Below are positions 58,292 through 64,000 of a DNA stretch of 64,000 bases, one piece after another. Location of the stretch: assembly GCA_963779755.1 (NCBI GenBank), contig CAVZZO010000001.1, forward strand, positions 2,048,001 to 2,112,000. Direction: 5' to 3'. The notes under the pieces are model-generated. The model was given only the letters and a program-made list of their open reading frames with translations, ran no database searches and had not been told where the DNA came from. Source of the stretch: an uncultured Gemmatimonadales bacterium. Its GTDB lineage: Bacteria; Gemmatimonadota; Gemmatimonadetes; Gemmatimonadales; GWC2-71-9. Every line of letters starts with the position of its first letter. Positions within the stretch are counted from its first letter, which is position 1. The position numbers were made by a program, and so were the translations under genes.

Positions 58292-59584
58292 GTGGAGAGC
58301 GTGGGGCTCGACCGCGGTGTAACGCGCACGACGGCGGCCAACGGCCTCACGGTGCTCACGGAGTCGTTGCCCGGAGTCCGCTCGGTCGCCATCGGTATCT
58401 CGGTCCGCAGTGCCAGCGCGCGGGAGGCCCCCCGCGTGCTGGGCGTGTCCCACCTGCTGGAACACATGGTCTTCAAGGGCACCGAGCGCTATAACGCCCG
58501 CGAGCTCGCCATGGCACTGGAGCTCCGGGGCGGCAGCCTCGATGCCTATACCGGCCGCGACCACACCACCTTCCAGGCCCACCTGCTGGACGAGGACCTC
58601 CCCCGCGCCGTGGAAGTCCTGACCGAGCTGGTCCGCCGGCCGCTGCTGCGGCAGAGCGATCTCGACCTCGAGCGCAACGTGGTGCTGGAGGAGATCAACA
58701 TGGTGGAGGATACGCCGGACGACCTGGTCTTCGATCTGGCCAGCGCCCGGCTCTGGCCCGGGCACGGCTACGGCTATCCCATCCTCGGCACCCGCGAGAC
58801 GGTCGGCACCCTCATGGCCGACGACCTGCAGGCCACCCACCGGCGGGCCTACTACCGCGGCAACTGCGTGGTGGCCGCCGCCGGCAACCTGGAGCACGAT
58901 GCGCTGCTCGAACTGCTGGCGGCGGCGGGCTGGCTCGACGGCGGGGAGCGCGAAGCGCCGCTGCCGCCGGTCGCTCCCGGGGCCGCGCGGCGGGGAGACG
59001 TCACGCAGGTGGCCCGCGAGGGCGCGCAGGTGCACATGGTCTTCTCCACCGACACCTTCCCCTACCGCGACCCGCGCCGCTTCGGCCTGGCCATGCTGGT
59101 GAACGCCTTCGGCGGCGGGATGTCGAGCCGGCTCTTTCAGCGGATCCGCGAAGAGCTGGGGCTGGCCTACGCCGTGTACGCCTACCAGACGCTGTATCAG
59201 AGCACCGGAGTGGCCGGCGTGTATATCGGCACCCAGGCGGCCACCGCCGGCCGGGCCGAGGCGGCGATTCGCGAGGAGTACCGCCGGTTGGCGGCCGAGG
59301 CCCTCTCGCCCGCCGAGCTGGATGAATCCAAGCGGCAGCTCAAGGGGCAGGTGGTGCTTTCGCTGGAAAGCCCACAGAGCCGCATGAACCGGCTGGCGGC
59401 GGTGGCCCTCCACGGCGACCGCTACCGCACGCTCGACCAGATGCTGGCGGAGATCGAAGCGGTCACCGCCGGGGAGATCGCCGAGCTGGCCGCGGAGTAC
59501 TTTGCGCCGGAACGGCAGACGGTCCTGCGCCTGGGGCCGGACCGCGGCGAAACGGGAAACGGGGAAACGGGAATAGGCAAATGA
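58292..59584 (+). CDS. M16 family zinc peptidase
   Basis: HLLEHMVFKGT (HxxEH), GGGMSSRLFQRIREELGLAY; follows pnp. Confidence 0.93.
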   Translation: MESVGLDRGVTRTTAANGLTVLTESLPGVRSVAIGISVRSASAREAPRVLGVSHLLEHMVFKGTERYNARELAMALELRGGSLDAYTGRDHTTFQAHLLDEDLPRAVEVLTELVRRPLLRQSDLDLERNVVLEEINMVEDTPDDLVFDLASARLWPGHGYGYPILGTRETVGTLMADDLQATHRRAYYRGNCVVAAAGNLEHDALLELLAAAGWLDGGEREAPLPPVAPGAARRGDVTQVAREGAQVHMVFSTDTFPYRDPRRFGLAMLVNAFGGGMSSRLFQRIREELGLAYAVYAYQTLYQSTGVAGVYIGTQAATAGRAEAAIREEYRRLAAEALSPAELDESKRQLKGQVVLSLESPQSRMNRLAAVALHGDRYRTLDQMLAEIEAVTAGEIAELAAEYFAPERQTVLRLGPDRGETGNGETGIGK

Positions 59585-59640
59585 CTGGCGGAGCCCTTTC
59601 CCTTTTCCCGTTTCGCCCTTTCACCATTCCCTTTTCCCGT
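59549..59640. repeat. Inverted array of 7/8-nt GGGAAA-type repeats
   Basis: GAAACGG GAAACGGG GAAACGG GAATAGG ... CCCTTTCCCTTTTCCCGTTTCGCCCTTTCACCATTCCCTTTTCCCGT; left arm is translated as the peptidase tail ETGNGETGIGK. Confidence 0.75.
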
Positions 59641-59681
59641 GGCCGAATTCGGCCGTCCTTCACCCATAAATCGAGTCTCCC

Positions 59682-60794
59682 ATGATCATCGGCGTCCCGA
59701 AGGAAATCAAAACCAACGAAAATCGCGTTGCGCTGGTTCCCGCCGGCTGTGAGGCGCTGAGCGCCGCGGGGCATACCGTCTATCTCGAGAAGGATGCCGG
59801 GGTCGGGAGCGGTTTCGCGGACGAGGCCTATACCGCCGTGGGCGGCAGGATCCTCCCGACCGCCGACGAGGTCTGGGCCAAGGCCGACATGATCATGAAG
59901 GTGAAGGAGCCGATCGAGGTCGAGTGGCCCCGCATGCGCCGGGGCCAGCTGATCTATACCTACTTCCATTTCGCCGCCGCCGAGGGGCTTACCCGGGCGG
60001 TGATCCAGTCGGGCGCGGTGGCGGTGGCCTACGAGACGGTCCAGCTGCCCAACCGCGAACTGCCGCTGCTGACCCCCATGTCGGAGGTGGCCGGCCGGAT
60101 GGCGGTGCAGGAAGGGGCCAAGTACCTGGAGAAGGTGTTTGGCGGCAGCGGGATCCTGTTGGGCGGCGTGCCCGGCGTGGCGCCGGGCGAGGTGGTCATC
60201 ATCGGCGGCGGCGTGGTCGGCACCAACGCAGCCAAGATGGCCGCCGGGCTGGGGGCACATGTGGTGATCCTCGACGTCTCGCTCGACCGGCTGCGCTATC
60301 TGGACGATGTGCTGCCGGCCAACGTGGATACCACCTACTCCAACCGCCACAATATTCTGGACGCAATCCGGCGGGCCGACCTGGTCGTGGGCGCGGTCCT
60401 GTTGCCGGGCGCCAAAGCCCCGCATCTGGTGAAGCGGGCCGACCTGTCGCAGATGAAGCCTGGGTCGGTCATCGTGGACGTGGCCGTGGACCAGGGCGGG
60501 TGCGTGGAAACCATCAAGGCCACTACGCACGAGAACCCCACCTACGTGGTGGACGGTATCCTGCATTACGGCGTCGCCAACATGCCGGGCGCGGTCCCGC
60601 GGACCTCCACCCTGGCGCTGACCAACGCGACGCTGCCCTACGGGGTCAAGCTGGCCAAGCTCGGCTGGCAGGAGGCCTGCCGCCGCGACGACAGCCTGCG
60701 GCTGGGATTGAACGTGGTGGAAGGGAAGGTGGTCTACCCCGGCGTCGCCGAGGCCTTCGATCTGAAGCTGGTGCCGGTGGAGCAGGTCCTCTGA
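59682..60794 (+). CDS. ald: Alanine dehydrogenase
   Basis: [61 protein letters not shown]. Confidence 0.96.
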   Translation: MIIGVPKEIKTNENRVALVPAGCEALSAAGHTVYLEKDAGVGSGFADEAYTAVGGRILPTADEVWAKADMIMKVKEPIEVEWPRMRRGQLIYTYFHFAAAEGLTRAVIQSGAVAVAYETVQLPNRELPLLTPMSEVAGRMAVQEGAKYLEKVFGGSGILLGGVPGVAPGEVVIIGGGVVGTNAAKMAAGLGAHVVILDVSLDRLRYLDDVLPANVDTTYSNRHNILDAIRRADLVVGAVLLPGAKAPHLVKRADLSQMKPGSVIVDVAVDQGGCVETIKATTHENPTYVVDGILHYGVANMPGAVPRTSTLALTNATLPYGVKLAKLGWQEACRRDDSLRLGLNVVEGKVVYPGVAEAFDLKLVPVEQVL

Positions 60795-60811
60795 GCAACG
60801 ACGGAACGGGG

Positions 60812-61240
60812 GTGCTGATCACGCGGCTGGACCACGGGGAGGGGATGCCCCTCCCCGCGCGGGCCACGGCGGGGTCGGCAGGCTATGACCTGGCCAGCGC
60901 GGAGGAGGGAGAACTGGCGCCCCTGGAACGGCGGCTCTTCCGTACCGGGTTCGCCATCGCCATGCCCGGCGGCTGGGAATGCCAGATCCGGCCCCGGTCG
61001 GGCCTGGCCCTGAGGCAGGGCGTCACGCTGCCCAACGCGCCGGCGACGATCGACAGCGATTACCGGGGCGAGATCATGGTCGCTCTGGTCAACCTGGGGT
61101 CGGAGCCGGTGCGGATTACCCGGGGCATGCGGATCGCACAGATGGTATTTGCCCGGGTGGAACTGCCGGTGTTCACGGAAGTGGCGGAGCTGCCGCCCAG
61201 CGGCCGCGGCGCCGGAGGGTTTGGCAGCACGGGGCATTGA
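60812..61240 (+). CDS. dut: dUTP diphosphatase (start GTG 60812 or CTG 60791)
   Basis: SAGYDL, QIRPRSGLA, TIDSDYRGEI, RIAQMV, RGAGGFGSTG. Confidence 0.94.
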   Translation: MLITRLDHGEGMPLPARATAGSAGYDLASAEEGELAPLERRLFRTGFAIAMPGGWECQIRPRSGLALRQGVTLPNAPATIDSDYRGEIMVALVNLGSEPVRITRGMRIAQMVFARVELPVFTEVAELPPSGRGAGGFGSTGH

Positions 61241-61487
61241 CGGGGCATGAGGCTTGCCCCTGTTCCTCCTGTCCCGCTGCGGTGATGTTGGGCCGGAGAT
61301 CTACGTCCGTACCGGGTTCCGCGGCACAAGTGCATGCCAATCCGCATGCTAGCCCAGCGTGCGGGAGCGCGGCTCCGGGCCGGTCGTGGCGCCGGGAGCG
61401 GGGGCGCCGCCGGGCCGCCGGCTGGTGCAGGGGCATGCAGTAAGCCAGTCGGAGTGCGGTTTCCGGCAGTGGGCCTAGGCGCCTGTC

Positions 61488-61516
61488 TTGTATGCAGTTA
61501 GCTCGCACGTTACTTT
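61488..61516 (+). promoter_or_regulatory. sigma70-type promoter of the mre operon
   Basis: TTGTAT-17 bp-TACTTT. Confidence 0.55.
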
Positions 61517-61547
61517 GTGACCTACCCCAGCCCTTGCCAGCCAGCCG

Positions 61548-62585
61548 ATGAAGTTTCCCAGCTTGAAATTGAGTTCGCTCATCCCCGCGAACGAGATCGC
61601 GGTAGATCTGGGCACGGCCAACACCCTGGTGTATGTGAAGGGTGAGGGGATCGTGCTCAACGAGCCCTCGGTGGTGGCCATCGAGAAGGCCACGGGGAAG
61701 CCGAAGGGGTACGGGCTGGACGCGAAGCGCATGCTGGGGCGCACACCGGACGGCATTCTGGCGGTGCGGCCGCTGAAGGACGGCGTGATCGCCGACTTCG
61801 ACGTCACCGAAAAGATGCTGCGCTACTTCCTGAAGACGATCATCGACAAGCACGTCTTCAAGGTGAAGCCGCGGGTCATCGTCTGCGTGCCCTCCGGCAT
61901 CACGGAAGTCGAGCGGCGGGCGGTACGCGATTCGGCCGAGACGGCGGGCGCCAAGCAGGTCCTGATGGTAGCGGAGCCGATGGCGGCCGCCATCGGCGTG
62001 GGGCTGCCGGTGGAGACGCCGACCGGCAACATGGTCATCGACATCGGCGGCGGCACCACGGAGATTGCGGTGATCGCGCTCTCCGGCATCGTGAGCGACA
62101 CCAGCATCCGGACCGGGGGCGACGAGCTGGACCAGGCTATCGTCCAGTTCATGCGGAAGAACTACAACCTGCTGGTGGGCGAGCCGACGGCCGAGTTGAT
62201 CAAGATCAAGATCGGCTCCGCCAGCCCGGTGGGCGAGGAGCGGGAGATGGAAGTGAAGGGCCGCGACCTGGTCTCCGGGATCCCCAAGACGGTGCGGGTC
62301 CACTCCAGCGAAATCCGCGAGGCGCTGCAGGAGCCGATTCAGCAGATCGTGGACGCGGTGCGGCGGGCCCTGGAAATCACGCCGCCCGAACTGGCCAGCG
62401 ACATCGTCGACCGGGGCATCATCATGACCGGCGGCGGGGCCTTGATCCGCGGGCTGGACGTGCTGCTCTCCCAGGAGACGGGCCTGCCCATTCACGTGGA
62501 CGAAGATCCGCTCACCTGCGTCGTCCGCGGCGCCGGCCGCATCCTGGACGACTTCGAGAAGTACCGCAGCGTCCTTACCACCTGA
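61548..62585 (+). CDS. mreB: Rod shape-determining protein MreB
   Basis: [56 protein letters not shown]. Confidence 0.97.
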   Translation: MKFPSLKLSSLIPANEIAVDLGTANTLVYVKGEGIVLNEPSVVAIEKATGKPKGYGLDAKRMLGRTPDGILAVRPLKDGVIADFDVTEKMLRYFLKTIIDKHVFKVKPRVIVCVPSGITEVERRAVRDSAETAGAKQVLMVAEPMAAAIGVGLPVETPTGNMVIDIGGGTTEIAVIALSGIVSDTSIRTGGDELDQAIVQFMRKNYNLLVGEPTAELIKIKIGSASPVGEEREMEVKGRDLVSGIPKTVRVHSSEIREALQEPIQQIVDAVRRALEITPPELASDIVDRGIIMTGGGALIRGLDVLLSQETGLPIHVDEDPLTCVVRGAGRILDDFEKYRSVLTT

Positions 62586-62588
62586 TCC

Positions 62589-63431
62589 ATGGTGCTGGTT
62601 CCGGATCGCTCTACCTATCGCCGGGACACCCTCAGTTTCGTGCTGTGCATCGTACTGTCGGTGGTGGCGCTCTTTGTCCCGCAGTCGTGGGGCGACGCCG
62701 TCTCCACCGGCATCCGCCGCACCGCGCTGCAACCCTTCCTCTGGATGCAGCGGGCGGGCGAGGAAGGCCGGACCAGCCGGTCGCGCTTCCGCGCGGTCGA
62801 GTCGGAGCGCGACAGCGCGGCGCTGATGGCGCGCAGTGTGCCCGGCCTGGCGGCGGAGAACCGCGAACTACGCCGCCTGCTGGGGTTGAGCGACCGGCTG
62901 GGCCCCGCTCATATCGCCGCCGAAGTGCTGCACCAGCCGCTGCCCACCGACGGCCGGACCCTGCTGCTGGGGGTCGGCCGCAATGGGGGGGTGAAGCCCT
63001 TCTCGCCGGTGCTGGCGCCCCAGGGGCTGGTGGGGGTGGTGCGGCAGGTGGGACCCAATTACTCGGTCGCGATGACCTGGGCCGATCCCGATTTCCGGGT
63101 GAGCGCCCTGACGCTGGACGGCAGCATCTCCGGCATCGTCGCCGCGGCCCCCGCCTCCACCCCGGCCGAATCCATGCTGGAGCTGCAGGGCGTGCCCTAT
63201 CGCGATTCGCTTGCCGCGGGCACGCTGGTGGTCTCCTCCGGGCTGGGCGGGGTGTACCCGCACGGGATTCCCATCGGGACGGTCATCGGCGTGCTGCGGG
63301 AGGAGCGGGGCTGGGAGCGCACCTACCTGCTGCGCCCGGCCGCCAACCCGTCGGCGGTCAGCCACGTCATCATCCTGGTCTCGTCGCCCACCGCGGTGGA
63401 CCAGGCCTACCCGGCGGATTCGTTACCGTGA
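62589..63431 (+). CDS. mreC: Rod shape-determining protein MreC
   Basis: N-terminal TM, ENRELRRLL, GLVG, SSGLGGVYPHGIPIG. Confidence 0.92.
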   Translation: MVLVPDRSTYRRDTLSFVLCIVLSVVALFVPQSWGDAVSTGIRRTALQPFLWMQRAGEEGRTSRSRFRAVESERDSAALMARSVPGLAAENRELRRLLGLSDRLGPAHIAAEVLHQPLPTDGRTLLLGVGRNGGVKPFSPVLAPQGLVGVVRQVGPNYSVAMTWADPDFRVSALTLDGSISGIVAAAPASTPAESMLELQGVPYRDSLAAGTLVVSSGLGGVYPHGIPIGTVIGVLREERGWERTYLLRPAANPSAVSHVIILVSSPTAVDQAYPADSLP

Positions 63432-63925
63432 GCGGCATGCGCTCGGGCCGGGTCCGGCTGGCGGTGGTCATCGCCATCCTGCTGGCGCTGCACTTCTATG
63501 TGCGGCCCCGGATGCTGGAGGGCCGGCTGGCGCCCGATTTCCTGCTCATTGCGCTCCTGGTGTATGCCATCCGCAGCCGTCCCGGCGATGCGGCCATCGC
63601 GGGCTTCATCGTGGGGCTGCTGGGTGACGCCCTGGTGCCGGCCCGGTTCGGGGCGGGAGCCCTGGCGAACACGGTGGTGGGCTATCTCACCGCCTGGGGG
63701 CGCGAGGTGTTCTTTGCCGATAATCTGATCGTGAGCGCCGGCGTGTTCGCGGGCGGGCTGTGGCTGCGCGATCTCATCGTGCTGCTGGCCAGCGGCACCA
63801 GCGGGGCCGCGCTGCTCAACCAGCTGAGCGTCTGGTCGCCCCTCCGCGCGCTCACCACGGCCGCCGCGGGCACCCTGGTCCTGTTCCTGTTCCGGGAGTG
63901 GCTCGAGATCCGGTTCGAAGAATGA
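63428..63925 (+). CDS. mreD: Rod shape-determining protein MreD
   Basis: Multi-TM, PDFLLI..GFIVGLLGD..FG; position after mreC. Confidence 0.88.
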   Translation: MSGMRSGRVRLAVVIAILLALHFYVRPRMLEGRLAPDFLLIALLVYAIRSRPGDAAIAGFIVGLLGDALVPARFGAGALANTVVGYLTAWGREVFFADNLIVSAGVFAGGLWLRDLIVLLASGTSGAALLNQLSVWSPLRALTTAAAGTLVLFLFREWLEIRFEE

Positions 63926-64000
63926 GCGGCTTTCATCCTGTCCGCCTGCGGCAGCGGGCGGCCGGCGCCCGCTGGATCCTCGCCGCGCTGTTTACCATCC
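63922..64000 (+). CDS. mrdA: Probable penicillin-binding protein 2, N-terminus only (truncated by the window)
   Basis: ATGA overlap with mreD; basic stretch then TM start (MSGFHPVRLRQRAAGARWILAALFTI); call rests on synteny. Confidence 0.55.
   Translation, partial: MSGFHPVRLRQRAAGARWILAALFTI

Noticed and set aside
51322..59413. Very long antisense ORFs (51322..54465 and 56141..59413; likewise 3741..6188, 9442..11787, 14545..16890)
   Set aside because: They lie opposite well-conserved genes, show no motifs, and are expected from stop-codon scarcity at high GC
61320..61355. sigma54 promoter (GGCAC/TGGCAT-like motifs)
   Set aside because: The GG-N10-GC spacing is not met on either strand

Overview
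High-GC bacterial chromosomal segment, mostly housekeeping. Gene order and protein style suggest Gemmatimonadota (inference). Main blocks: infC-rpmI-rplT, pheST-zapB/A-rny-folD, xseAB-ispA-dxs-nadK-(GH2, galM)-recN, galK, tRNA-Leu(UAA), a frameshifted hybrid sensor kinase, a GH15-zwf-pgl-glk-ppk2 operon, tyrA-aroA-cmk-rpsA, an acyl-CoA carboxylase cluster, rplM-rpsI-rpsB-tsf-pyrH-frr-uppS-cdsA-dxr-rseP, rpsO-pnp, ald-dut and mreBCD-mrdA. The most unusual signal is intergenic. A 551-bp cassette holds a GxxExxY (PD-(D/E)XK-like) gene between inverted terminal arrays of 9-nt period. An empty copy of the same end family lies 27 kb upstream, and several other 7/8-nt-period inverted arrays plus two GTAG-type REP clusters abut or overlap stop codons. 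Together these look like an uncharacterised family of short mobile cassettes. Also notable: an Arg-rich (D/E)RR-repeat insertion in PheS, a probable L20 attenuator with a non-AUG infC start, several apparently leaderless genes, and two single-base frameshifts that may be sequencing errors. All calls come from reading the sequence and motifs; no database searches were run.
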